DNA of 37,965 bases, taken from positions 1 through 37,965 of IMG/VR virus record IMGVR_UViG_3300010052_000157. One strand, written 5' to 3'. This document shows, one piece after another, positions 1 to 9,157 of the stretch. Under the pieces are notes generated by a model, which ran no database searches, was not told the origin of the DNA, and worked only from the letters and a program-made list of their open reading frames with translations. The DNA is from a virus (taxonomy: Duplodnaviria > Caudoviricetes). Both the position numbers and the translations under genes were made by a program. Each line of letters starts with the position of its first letter. Position 1 is the stretch's first letter.

Positions 1-168
1 GTCGCTCTTGACGCCGCTGGCCGTCGTGTGGAGCAGACAAGGGGAACCGTCCGGAGCGGTTGCCGCGACGACGGTGCCCGAATCCGATGCCGACCAGCTG
101 GTTGCGTCGGTCATGGCGTCGAGCACTGTCCCCTCGCTGATGATGTGATGGGACAGATCGCGGCTCAT
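1..168 (-). CDS. Partial (3'-truncated) tail-region hypothetical protein
   Basis: ATG at 168 overlaps the TGA of the upstream gene (ATGA); frame stays open to the window edge (MSRDLSHHIISEGTVLDAMTDATSW...). Not in the ORF track. Confidence 0.65.
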   Translation of the reverse strand, partial: MSRDLSHHIISEGTVLDAMTDATSWSASDSGTVVAATAPDGSPCLLHTTASGVKSD

Positions 169-545
169 CGCAGTCGATACTCCCCAGTGACCTTGGCGGT
201 CCCGACGATGTCAATGAAAATGCCGTTCGAGAAGTACTTCCCGCGCGTCACCCCAAGTCGGCCCGTAAAGGCGTTTGTGAAGGTGTGGCTGAACAGGACA
301 GTTCCAGCGGCGGACGTATTGTCGTAGATGATCACACCGCCAGCCGCAGCGGCTTCAATGAAGATGTCGCCGAGTTCGCCCTGACCGGAAACGATGTTCT
401 CGTCGGCTGTCTTGTTGGTGAATGTGAGGTCGTACCTCGGGGGCCGTGCTGGCAAGGGTGAAGTCGCCGAGATGGGCTGGCCAGTCACACCGTCGAGGAT
501 TGCTGCCGCGCCAACTGCGCCGGCGTCAGTGATGATCGTCTTCAT
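165..545 (-). CDS. Hypothetical virion/tail-associated protein
   Basis: 126 aa, GGAG SD upstream, beta-rich composition, within the tail operon. Confidence 0.7.
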   Translation of the reverse strand: MKTIITDAGAVGAAAILDGVTGQPISATSPLPARPPRYDLTFTNKTADENIVSGQGELGDIFIEAAAAGGVIIYDNTSAAGTVLFSHTFTNAFTGRLGVTRGKYFSNGIFIDIVGTAKVTGEYRLR

Positions 546-555
546 GATGGTCTCC

Positions 556-909
556 TTAAACGTCCGCGGTCACGCGGAGGATGTTGGTGCCGTCGCACCG
601 GACGATGGCCGTCTTGCCGTTGCCGATCGCGACACCGGTACCCGTGGCGCCAATGATCGTGATGGCGAACCCGCCCGAGGTGTTGTTGTGGACAACCCAC
701 TCCGCCCCATCGGTGAGCGGCACGATATAGTTGCGGCCGGCGGCGAGGGTGCCAGTGAAGACGAGGTGTCTGTTCTGGTACTCGGCCGCCTGGCCCGTAT
801 AGTTGGCGTCGGGCATGGCGACGGCTGCTCGCCCGTGCGAGAGCGCGACTCCGTTACCCTTGACCGAGGAGCCCGAGATGGCTCCCCCGAGAATCTGAGC
901 GTTTGACAT
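556..909 (-). CDS. Putative tail fibre/tail tip small protein
   Basis: 117 aa, G/T/A-rich; 'FTGTLAAGRNYIVP...WVVHNNTSGGFAITI' resembles tail fibre beta modules. Confidence 0.65.
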   Translation of the reverse strand: MSNAQILGGAISGSSVKGNGVALSHGRAAVAMPDANYTGQAAEYQNRHLVFTGTLAAGRNYIVPLTDGAEWVVHNNTSGGFAITIIGATGTGVAIGNGKTAIVRCDGTNILRVTADV

Positions 910-1680
910 CTATTCAGTCACCCTTAGCTTTCCGTCGATGATCAGCGAGGCCCCGGCCTGAACCGTGAGCGAGTTGAAGAACTGAACCTGATGGTTCAGA
1001 GGCACCCTGACGGACTCGCCAGATGCCAAAACGTCCTTGAGGAAGGGCACGTCTCCGCCAATGCGCTGGTAGGCGGTCCCGTCCCACCACCAGTCACCGG
1101 AGAGCGTCTTCGTCATTCCGCGCCACGTCGCCGGCGCTGTCGATGAAGGCTTTCCCGTGTCGGCTGTCGATCGCTCCGGAATCCCCGATCGGAGATAGAC
1201 GACGCCCGACTCGTCAACCGCAGTCACACCGCTCCCGTCCGTGAACGCGATACCCACAAGAACCGCGGGAAGGGTTGGTGCCGTCAGGTCGGTCCGAACA
1301 TCAAAGGTGCCGTCGCTTCGCAGCCACACGCAGTTGGTGCTCGACGCGTTGAGAACGACTTGCGCTTGGTCCCGAACCTCGACCGTGCCATCGATGTTCG
1401 CGTGGCCAGCGCTGATGAGTCCCTGCAATCCTGTGCCGGCCGACAGGGCGAGTCCGCTGCAGACGCCCATGGCACCGCCGCCGTAGCGAGCAAGCAAGTC
1501 CTGGCGCACCGCGTTCTCGTTGAGCCGCGCTGGGACCGAGCTCGCACCTTCACCCTGACCGAAGGCCGCAGCTTGCGGGATGTTGGGAGGGGAGAGCGCG
1601 ACCGAGTTGTCCTCGATCCAGACCGTGGTCGATGGCACCTGCGGAGCAGGCACCTGATTGGCTAGCAGTGTGATTGGCAA
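910..1680 (-). CDS. Putative minor tail/tail fibre-associated protein
   Basis: 256 aa, TTG start with GAGGTG SD; 'GLALSAGTGLQGLISAGHANIDG' is typical of tail fibre/baseplate N-terminal domains. Confidence 0.6.
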   Translation of the reverse strand: MPITLLANQVPAPQVPSTTVWIEDNSVALSPPNIPQAAAFGQGEGASSVPARLNENAVRQDLLARYGGGAMGVCSGLALSAGTGLQGLISAGHANIDGTVEVRDQAQVVLNASSTNCVWLRSDGTFDVRTDLTAPTLPAVLVGIAFTDGSGVTAVDESGVVYLRSGIPERSTADTGKPSSTAPATWRGMTKTLSGDWWWDGTAYQRIGGDVPFLKDVLASGESVRVPLNHQVQFFNSLTVQAGASLIIDGKLRVTE

Positions 1681-1681
1681 T

Positions 1682-4600
1682 TTACGTCACCTCAGTCCAC
1701 GTGGCACCGTCATCGATGCTGAAGAAGCGCGTCGGGCCTGGGTCGCCTCCCTTCTTGGCCAGCAATGACCAGGCACCTACAGATGGATCCCAGGACAGCC
1801 CGAACGTTTCGGGCTCGAACGTGATCTCCGAGCCGGCATTGTTCTGGATGGCCGTAGCGGCCGACATCGATGTGTCGCCCGGGCCTTGGAAGCGGAAGAA
1901 CAGCTTGCCGAGGCCAGCTGAACCGCTGTTGTAGCGGAACGCGATCGCAAGCGTCTCGCCCTCAGGGTTCGACACGATGCGCCCAAAGAAACCGGGGTTG
2001 ATCAGAGGCACCTCTGCCTCCCACGTCTCGCCGTCATCGTCGCTCGAGCGATAGCGGAGCGCTCCGAGTCTCGTGTAACCGACCCACAGCCGCCCCCATG
2101 CAGCGTAGGCAAGCGATGGCAGTGACGCTTCGTCTCCATTGGCAACCTCAACTTGTGTTTCAAATCCGAGCTTCGGCTGGCCGTGCGACCGCCGGACGAT
2201 CATCGAGTCGCGCTCGAGCACCTCGTCGTAGATCACGAGCGCTTCCCACCTGAGCCCGTCGGGAATGTGCAGCACGTCAGGCTCGCGTCCGATCTCGGCC
2301 GATGCGGGCCGGCGGGCGATCAGGCATCCTTGCCACGGCCGAATCGCTCCGATGCCATCAGCACCATGCCGGATCACGTGGAAGCCCTCGTTGTTATTGA
2401 CCGCCTGGCGGTGGAACGTCACCGGCCATCCGGAGACCTCTGGAATCAGGAGGCTGGTGTAGACGTCGGGGCCGTTGAGGCTCATGGCCTCGTTTCCTAT
2501 GTAGAACCGCCGCTCCTCGGCATAGCTCCACGTCTCGAGCCCCCAGACGCCCGTTTGCGCCAGCGTCGACTCGTTTCGGATACGACTCGGCCAGACGCAG
2601 ACCGGAGGGCACCCCGCGCCGTTCACAAGCAACGCATACGGGAAGCTGTAGCCGCGAGGAACCAGCATCGCGATCGCGGCGTCATCGGCGTCCTCCACCG
2701 CGGATGGAGTCTCGACCGCATCGAAGAAGACCGCAAGCTGCGTGGCGATGTCCTGATCGTGTGGATCTGCGAGGAGAGCCAGGTTTTTGAAGCAGATCCA
2801 ATCGACTGGGCTTGGCATCCAGGCGAGCTTTACTCCCGGGAGCGGCGGGACGCCTGGAGGCAACGCCAAGGGAGTCGCATGAAGCGATCCGCCGTAGTAG
2901 TGGGCGACGTTGCCAAACCGCACGCCCGGCCCGTCCGGCCATACGACAGCGTGGTTGCTCCGGTTCTCCGGGAACACGCTGACCTGGTCGGTGCTCCGGT
3001 AAAGAATCGGGAACTTGATCTCGCAGTCGCTGGCCGCTGAAGCGACCTCAATCGTAAAGAGCAGTTCGGCAGCCGTCCTGCCGGCAAGAAGCGAGAACGC
3101 GTGCACCCGCTCCGGGTCGACCATCGCGGCGTCCGACTCGCCTTGGTCGAGAAGGTCGAAGCCCTTGTCATCGAAGTAGAACTGGCCGAGATCCTGAGCG
3201 TAGCTCCCTGAGTAGATCGTGTCGGTTCCGTTTGATGGCCGGAGGTAGCGCCCGGGCACGCGCGTCAACTCGACCTTCGTGCCCGAATAGCCAACGAGCT
3301 CGACGATGACCTGGACGATGTTCGCGGGATCCCAATCGACTTCGAACTCGCTCGCGATGTGCGGCCACAGGTACGGCCACTGCGTGAACGATCCGAGGGC
3401 CACCTTCGCCTTGATGATCGTCTTCGTTGGATCCGGCGTCAGCGTGATGCCATCGGTCCCAAACGATCCGCTGCAGTCTTCAAACGACCAGGAGGCGGAC
3501 GAGAGAGAATCGAGCTCGAGTTCGCTGAGCGGCGTCACCGCGTCAACCCTGAAGGTCTCGTCTCCCCACCAGCTGGTCGGAGCGCCGAAGACGCCTTCAA
3601 TAAATCCAGCTTGGGCACCGTAGAGCAGCGGGGCCGTGAAGAGGGTGGTTCGCCTAAGCGTCCGTTCCGTTCCTGGAAGCGAGGGGTGTTCGCAATACTG
3701 ATCACCCTTCGACAGCCAGTAGCCGTTCGAGATCTTGTCGAGGAAGACCTTCCAGATGTCCTGGGCATCAGGAATCCCGTCGTCGTCGGTGTCGATCGTG
3801 TTGCGCGGGAACCAGTCGAAGAACGACCAGTGCCTCGAGCCCCAATAGTTGACATACCGCACGAGCGGATCCGCGTGGTACAGGTAGGGCAGCAGGTCCG
3901 GATTGTCGATGTCGTCATCGACGATCGGAGTGAAGGCCGCCCCTTGGGTGACATAGCAGATCTCGTCAGGTGGCGCCGTTGGCGGAATCACCGTGCCCGG
4001 CGGCTCCTCAGGGAGGGCCATCGGACAGGAGACCGGGCCGACGATCTGGGCCGTGTAACCGATCGCTTCGTAACGGAACTCGCTGTGCTCGGCCGGCGCC
4101 GGCACGGGGTAGCTGAACGTATCCTCGATCGGGTGTGGATCGTTGCCCACGACGGCGAGGAGACGAGACTGTCTCGGGTGGACCTCTTCAAGCGCTGGGA
4201 CCGTGTGGACACCTGAGCCGATTCCGTCAATGCCGCACGTGTGGAATGCGGTCTGCTGCGTCCTCGGCATGCCGCCGCGGTAGACCACTTCTCGGTGGCC
4301 TGAGCCGATCCGCTTGACCGACGCCGGAAGGTTGGGGACCGTCGTGACCTGCGCAGAATTGCCCCACCACGTGAGCCTAGACTTGTACACGTCGACGTGG
4401 CCGCCGGTCGCCGGGCCGTTCGTGCAGTAGAGTGGCTGGCCAGTCAGGTGCAGGGTCGTTTCTCGCTCGAGGTGCTGTTCGGCCGAGATCTCGACGGCTG
4501 CGGTCGTTGCGGCAACGAGAGTGGCCGGATCAGGAGATTCGCAGTCGCAGTCATCGTCCGTCGGAACGTCCAGAAGGTCGATGAGGACCGGGAGTCCTTG

Positions 4601-5215
4601 CCAATCGGACGAGCCTGGCTGCTTGAACCGCCATGCCGCGTCCGTGATGCGAGCCTTGCCGTAGGACTCGCTCGAACCCACAACCGTGCTGTGGTCGACC
4701 GCGCCGAGCACCGGAACGGGGTTCACCGCGGCCGAGGCGGTGTAACGCGGCGGGATGCCCAGGAGCGGGATGCCGGCCGTCGAGAAGAAGTACGTGTTGT
4801 CGAGGGTCGTTGCCCCTTCCGAATGGACCAGTGACCCGTTGAGATAGACCCTGAGCTCGCTGAACTTCAGCCTCCAGGCGCCGCCCGCCATCGAGTAGAG
4901 GACGCCGTCGTCAATCTGCACGACGTAGGGGATCCCGCCGGTCACGATCACCGTGCTCGAGAGCGTGATGGGGATGTCGACGCCCAGCAGCGGAATCCGA
5001 ACGTAGGCGTATGTGCCGATGAGCCCTGGGCCAGCGCCTTCGATGCCTTGCGCCGAGATCTCGATGCCTTTCTGGACGTACACCGAGTCCCAGCACCATT
5101 GGGTCGTCATGCCTGCGGCAACGATGACCTGGCCGCTCGCGATCGCCTTCTCGAACGTGATCGTGCCGCGCAGCTCGATCCGCTCGAAAGGAGCTTTCTT
5201 GTCTCGATAGGGCAT
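1682..5215 (-). CDS. Large minor tail/receptor-binding protein with C-terminal Asp-box (BNR) motifs
   Basis: 1177 aa; Asp-boxes SSDDDGETW and FSIDDGATW; DTDDDGIPD Ca-binding-like motif; downstream of tape measure gene. Confidence 0.65.
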   Translation of the reverse strand: MPYRDKKAPFERIELRGTITFEKAIASGQVIVAAGMTTQWCWDSVYVQKGIEISAQGIEGAGPGLIGTYAYVRIPLLGVDIPITLSSTVIVTGGIPYVVQIDDGVLYSMAGGAWRLKFSELRVYLNGSLVHSEGATTLDNTYFFSTAGIPLLGIPPRYTASAAVNPVPVLGAVDHSTVVGSSESYGKARITDAAWRFKQPGSSDWQGLPVLIDLLDVPTDDDCDCESPDPATLVAATTAAVEISAEQHLERETTLHLTGQPLYCTNGPATGGHVDVYKSRLTWWGNSAQVTTVPNLPASVKRIGSGHREVVYRGGMPRTQQTAFHTCGIDGIGSGVHTVPALEEVHPRQSRLLAVVGNDPHPIEDTFSYPVPAPAEHSEFRYEAIGYTAQIVGPVSCPMALPEEPPGTVIPPTAPPDEICYVTQGAAFTPIVDDDIDNPDLLPYLYHADPLVRYVNYWGSRHWSFFDWFPRNTIDTDDDGIPDAQDIWKVFLDKISNGYWLSKGDQYCEHPSLPGTERTLRRTTLFTAPLLYGAQAGFIEGVFGAPTSWWGDETFRVDAVTPLSELELDSLSSASWSFEDCSGSFGTDGITLTPDPTKTIIKAKVALGSFTQWPYLWPHIASEFEVDWDPANIVQVIVELVGYSGTKVELTRVPGRYLRPSNGTDTIYSGSYAQDLGQFYFDDKGFDLLDQGESDAAMVDPERVHAFSLLAGRTAAELLFTIEVASAASDCEIKFPILYRSTDQVSVFPENRSNHAVVWPDGPGVRFGNVAHYYGGSLHATPLALPPGVPPLPGVKLAWMPSPVDWICFKNLALLADPHDQDIATQLAVFFDAVETPSAVEDADDAAIAMLVPRGYSFPYALLVNGAGCPPVCVWPSRIRNESTLAQTGVWGLETWSYAEERRFYIGNEAMSLNGPDVYTSLLIPEVSGWPVTFHRQAVNNNEGFHVIRHGADGIGAIRPWQGCLIARRPASAEIGREPDVLHIPDGLRWEALVIYDEVLERDSMIVRRSHGQPKLGFETQVEVANGDEASLPSLAYAAWGRLWVGYTRLGALRYRSSDDDGETWEAEVPLINPGFFGRIVSNPEGETLAIAFRYNSGSAGLGKLFFRFQGPGDTSMSAATAIQNNAGSEITFEPETFGLSWDPSVGAWSLLAKKGGDPGPTRFFSIDDGATWTEVT

Positions 5216-5223
5216 GGTGCTGT

Positions 5224-5481
5224 CTAGAATCCGCCCAAGACATCATCGCTGGCGAAGTCGCTGATTCCGAGAACGAACGCTCGGCGGCCGTAGGTGGGCA
5301 ATGCTGGGTCTTCGTCTACGATGGGGGCGACGCGCTTGACGGGCAAGCTGAGAACGAAGGCCACTTGCTCATCCGTGAGGACACTCTGGATCGAGGTCGA
5401 CCGGGGCTGACCTGTGATCATATTGGCCTCGCGAAGGGCAAGGTCTCCTAAGGCCTTCTTGAAGATGCCTGCTGCGTCCAT
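5224..5481 (-). CDS. Hypothetical protein
   Basis: 85 aa; start overlaps the stop of the upstream gene (TAATG). Confidence 0.65.
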   Translation of the reverse strand: MDAAGIFKKALGDLALREANMITGQPRSTSIQSVLTDEQVAFVLSLPVKRVAPIVDEDPALPTYGRRAFVLGISDFASDDVLGGF

Positions 5482-8174
5482 TAGAACCTCACCTGCTGGA
5501 TCTCGTAAGTGGCCATTTGGTTAGAGTCGTTGCCCAGGTCAGGGCTGCAGGACCTCACGACGCATTGCCACTCGACGCCGCCGTCGTTGATGACGCAAGG
5601 ATCTCCGAACCGGAGCTTGCGCTTCTTGCCGCCGCCCTCTTCGTGATCGATGAAAGCAAGCGGTGCATGAACCCTGAAGAGCTTGTAGCCCTTGCAGAGA
5701 ATCGGATAGAGCCTGGCTCCAACGAAGGCCACCGCGGCTTCGGTCTGAAGCATCGGGTCGATGTACCAAAGAGGCACTTCTCGTCCGAGCCAGTCGGGAT
5801 TGTCGGGGCCAGGCGCGGCCGTCGAATCGGGATGGTGCCGATAGCTGTCTGGGTTGACCATAGACAGCGTGAGCTGATGGATCGGTGTCGACTCGAGGTA
5901 GCCGACGCCCGTAACGATGAGCTTGTTGGCCACTGGCCGCTTGATACGATCGCGCAAGCCGATGATCGGGATCGTAACCGCAGTCGATGCCGTGTGCTCG
6001 ATGTCCCGGATCGTGCCCTCCTCGATCTCCCGCGCTGCGTACGCACCGAGCGTGAACGCCTTTCCCTCCGGCTGTCGCTCCGTGGTGAAGTAGGCGACGT
6101 TCGTGTAAGGTGCCTTGGGCGGGAAGATCAGCTTCCACTTGCCGTAGTCACCGCCGTTCTCGTCATCGACTAGGGCAGCGCCAAGATAGTCGCGCGACAG
6201 ATACTCGATCGCCTGGCCGAGGTCTGAGAGCGGCCTGATGACGTACATGTTCTCGTCGGCGCCCAAGACCGGAAACAAGCGGACGTCCGAGTCCGGAATG
6301 TCAACCATGTCCGCGGAGAAGCCGCAGCGCCGCAGGAGGATCTTGATGGCGTCCGTGATCTTGTAGGGCACCCCGATGCCTGCGTTCGGATCCTGCATGA
6401 ACGAGAACATCGAAGTGTCTCGTGTCTCCTGGATCCGCAACCACCTACCGATCGACTTGACGTCGTAATCGTAGGCGACCGGGAAGGGGTGGGCCGTCCC
6501 CAACTTGCTCATGCCCGCGTTGTCTCGCCGGCGTCGCCTGTTCGCATCTGCGTCTTCGATGTAGCCGCGGTGCAAGATGACCCGCTTGGCTGGGTCCTCT
6601 GGGTCGTACTCCGTCTCGATTCGAACGGGGAACGAGATCGACTCGCGCAGAAGATCGAGTTGGCGCCGCGTGTCTGAGACCTTCCAACCAGCGTTGCAGA
6701 GTGACGGGTCGGACCCGCCGTCCATGATGGAGAGCGATCCCTTGCGAAGCGACCCGCCCTCGACGTTACGCCCCTCATAGGTGTCGAACGAGGCGGCCTT
6801 CACCGCGCGCATCGACAAGAGGGTCGGGCTGTTCAAGCCGTCTCCAAGAAGGTTGAAATCTGCGAGCCAGAACGTAGGCACGTAGCCGGGCGGGAAGTCG
6901 TATTCGGACCACCTTCCAGCCTGTCCGGATGTGGCGATCGTCCCAGAGCGATCGGCCGCGATCGGGCTGCCGCTCGAGCCCTTCAGCTGCATCGTCACGT
7001 CGGTAGCGCTCTGCTGGTCGAAGTACCACTCGATGCGCAGCGTCTGGCCCCATTCGAAGCCGCCCTGCGTGATCGAGAATTGCACGTTGCGGACGAAGCC
7101 CGATGTTCGGAGCTTCAGTCGCTTCACTCGGAACATCGACCGGAAAGGCCTCGGCATGTCCAGGCGGATCGCAGACGGCGTCGATGCGGGAGGATTCTGA
7201 TCCAACCTCGGCACAACCCAGTCATTCACTTTGATCAACCCAGCTGCAGCGGTCGCCGCGTTCGCAAGCGCTTCGACCTGGGGGGCTGCGCCACTGACAT
7301 CATCCACTGCCCACTCTGCGAGTCTGAACTCGATCTTGCGGGTGTCCTTCTGCCGCCTCGGCCGAATGAGCAGCAAGAAGTTCATGTTGGCCCCTGAACT
7401 AGGGTTGGGGAACTTCATCGTGGTACGTCGCTTCCACGTGTAGGCGGGGACAGGGGGCGGTTCCGTAACGGGCAGGGCTCGCCCGCGCTCGAAGAGCTGG
7501 ATCTCGCCATTGTCGAACACGACAGCCGCGTATTGGCCAGTGCCGAGGAAGTCATTGGTGTGGCCAGCTGGACCGCTGAAGTAGGCAGTTCCGATGACCA
7601 AGCCCTTCTGATTGACGTCGCCGTAGACCGTCAGTAGGAAGGCCAGCGGTTGATTCGGCGCATGCGCCTGCTTCGACACGAGGACCCGGTCCATGACCAG
7701 GTCATTCCCTTCAACCGTTGGACCCGGAAATGCCGCTTGGTCCGCTTCGAGCCTGAATGTGGCGGCGTTGTCGAGCCCCACTGTAGCGGGCTTGCGCTTG
7801 ACGAACGCGATGCCCGACACAGGAGGCAGAAGCGTTCCCCCGTAGGCGCCACCAACTTCCGGTTTGGTGCGACACAGATACCGCTGAACGAAGCCTGGAG
7901 GAATAAAGGCGTCAGCTGTCGTGAGGACTCCCTCGTCGCTGCCGATGCCCCAGAAGGGGGTTCGAACTGCCCGGACGTCTTCGGCAAGCTGGATTCCAAG
8001 GCCAGAGCTGTAGACCGTGCCCACAAGGTTTCCTGTGTTGAGCGCCATATCCAGAGCGCTCTTGATGACGCCAAATCCGTGCTCGACGATGACGTTGTCG
8101 TCGACGTCGTACACGATGTGCGTCTTGCGCCCAGGCGTGACGGCCGCTTCGGGGGTGTTTCCAAATCCAGGCAT
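5481..8174 (-). CDS. Putative tail tip/baseplate hub protein
   Basis: 897 aa; first same-strand gene after the tape measure gene. Confidence 0.6.
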   Translation of the reverse strand: MPGFGNTPEAAVTPGRKTHIVYDVDDNVIVEHGFGVIKSALDMALNTGNLVGTVYSSGLGIQLAEDVRAVRTPFWGIGSDEGVLTTADAFIPPGFVQRYLCRTKPEVGGAYGGTLLPPVSGIAFVKRKPATVGLDNAATFRLEADQAAFPGPTVEGNDLVMDRVLVSKQAHAPNQPLAFLLTVYGDVNQKGLVIGTAYFSGPAGHTNDFLGTGQYAAVVFDNGEIQLFERGRALPVTEPPPVPAYTWKRRTTMKFPNPSSGANMNFLLLIRPRRQKDTRKIEFRLAEWAVDDVSGAAPQVEALANAATAAAGLIKVNDWVVPRLDQNPPASTPSAIRLDMPRPFRSMFRVKRLKLRTSGFVRNVQFSITQGGFEWGQTLRIEWYFDQQSATDVTMQLKGSSGSPIAADRSGTIATSGQAGRWSEYDFPPGYVPTFWLADFNLLGDGLNSPTLLSMRAVKAASFDTYEGRNVEGGSLRKGSLSIMDGGSDPSLCNAGWKVSDTRRQLDLLRESISFPVRIETEYDPEDPAKRVILHRGYIEDADANRRRRRDNAGMSKLGTAHPFPVAYDYDVKSIGRWLRIQETRDTSMFSFMQDPNAGIGVPYKITDAIKILLRRCGFSADMVDIPDSDVRLFPVLGADENMYVIRPLSDLGQAIEYLSRDYLGAALVDDENGGDYGKWKLIFPPKAPYTNVAYFTTERQPEGKAFTLGAYAAREIEEGTIRDIEHTASTAVTIPIIGLRDRIKRPVANKLIVTGVGYLESTPIHQLTLSMVNPDSYRHHPDSTAAPGPDNPDWLGREVPLWYIDPMLQTEAAVAFVGARLYPILCKGYKLFRVHAPLAFIDHEEGGGKKRKLRFGDPCVINDGGVEWQCVVRSCSPDLGNDSNQMATYEIQQVRF

Positions 8175-8217
8175 GATTCCTCGCGGGATGGTTTACAATC
8201 AGATGGAGGGCAACGCG

Positions 8218-8763
8218 ATGGCAGTCACCTATCAGGATTGGTTAAAGTCAGTCAAGCAGTTCCTAGCCAGCCGTAGGCCGGACGTGAAGTTTGATCAACT
8301 GGACCCGAACCATCTTTACAGTTCGTTCCAGGCCGGACTGTCCCCAATAGACTTTGTGCAGCAGGGTCAGTTTAGGTTCAACCCTGCTGTGCCGCCCGCG
8401 CCGGCGTTCCAGCTACCGCAGGGTCAAGTGAAGCAGGCCACAAACCCTTTACACATCGTTTTGTTCGTAATCCTTTTCGGAGTCATTGGGTCGTGCATCG
8501 GATGCGGGCTTTTTCTGGGCAGCGTTCAATCTGATGTCGAGCGCAAGATGGCGTCCACCCCAACTTGTTCACAGGTGCAAGCCGCTGTACAGATTGGGAT
8601 GACAACGTCCCAGGTCACGGAAGCTATTGGAGGACCTGACAACGTCCAGGAAATGAACAGACTAGGCGTGACTACTCGCTACTGGTACTACCGGTGCCGC
8701 GACGGCCAGATTCAGATCGTCTTCGATTACGGCATAACGGTAACAAGCATCAACAGGTACTAA
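8218..8763 (+). CDS. Moron membrane protein with C-terminal SmpA/OmlA(BamE)-like domain
   Basis: GGAGG at 8205-8209 before ATG 8218; TM segment IVLFVILFGVIGSCIGCGLFL; 'VQIGMTTSQVTEAIGGPD...WYY...IVFD' pattern; antisense to the tail operon. Confidence 0.7.
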   Translation: MAVTYQDWLKSVKQFLASRRPDVKFDQLDPNHLYSSFQAGLSPIDFVQQGQFRFNPAVPPAPAFQLPQGQVKQATNPLHIVLFVILFGVIGSCIGCGLFLGSVQSDVERKMASTPTCSQVQAAVQIGMTTSQVTEAIGGPDNVQEMNRLGVTTRYWYYRCRDGQIQIVFDYGITVTSINRY

Positions 8764-8794
8764 CTTTCGCGCGGTTTTTGCTACAATGCGGAGA

Positions 8795-9148
8795 ATGAAA
8801 GGCGAGAAGCCATCGATCGCGCGCGTCTGGCTCGGAGTCGTCTCCGTGCTTCTGATCCTCTACGGGGTCTACGCACTAGTGATGGCCATTTGGACATTGC
8901 TTGCAGTCAACAAGAACGTGACCCTGCCTTATTCGCCCGACGTGACCGGGGTCTCAAAGGACGTAGCAGAGCGAGCGAACGAAAACTGGGTGGGTTTCGT
9001 GGTTGAGTTCGGCATTCTCAGGGCCCTAGTGTCGGCGCTCGTTGGGCTCTCCGGGCTCGTGTGGCTTGGGGTCATCGACAAGATAGAGCACATTCACCAC
9101 TTGACAGCCAACATCTGGAGAGAGCTCGCGGCCAAGAACACGCCCTGA
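8795..9148 (+). CDS. Moron membrane protein, 2 TM segments (start 8786 or 8795)
   Basis: Two hydrophobic stretches; TGCTACAAT (8779-8787) lies 7 nt before ATG 8795. Confidence 0.65.
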   Translation: MKGEKPSIARVWLGVVSVLLILYGVYALVMAIWTLLAVNKNVTLPYSPDVTGVSKDVAERANENWVGFVVEFGILRALVSALVGLSGLVWLGVIDKIEHIHHLTANIWRELAAKNTP

Positions 9149-9157
9149 GGATTAGCC

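Noticed and set aside
1-8174. Diversity-generating retroelement or invertible tail cassette
   Set aside because: No reverse transcriptase, invertase or TR/VR repeat pair seen in the window.
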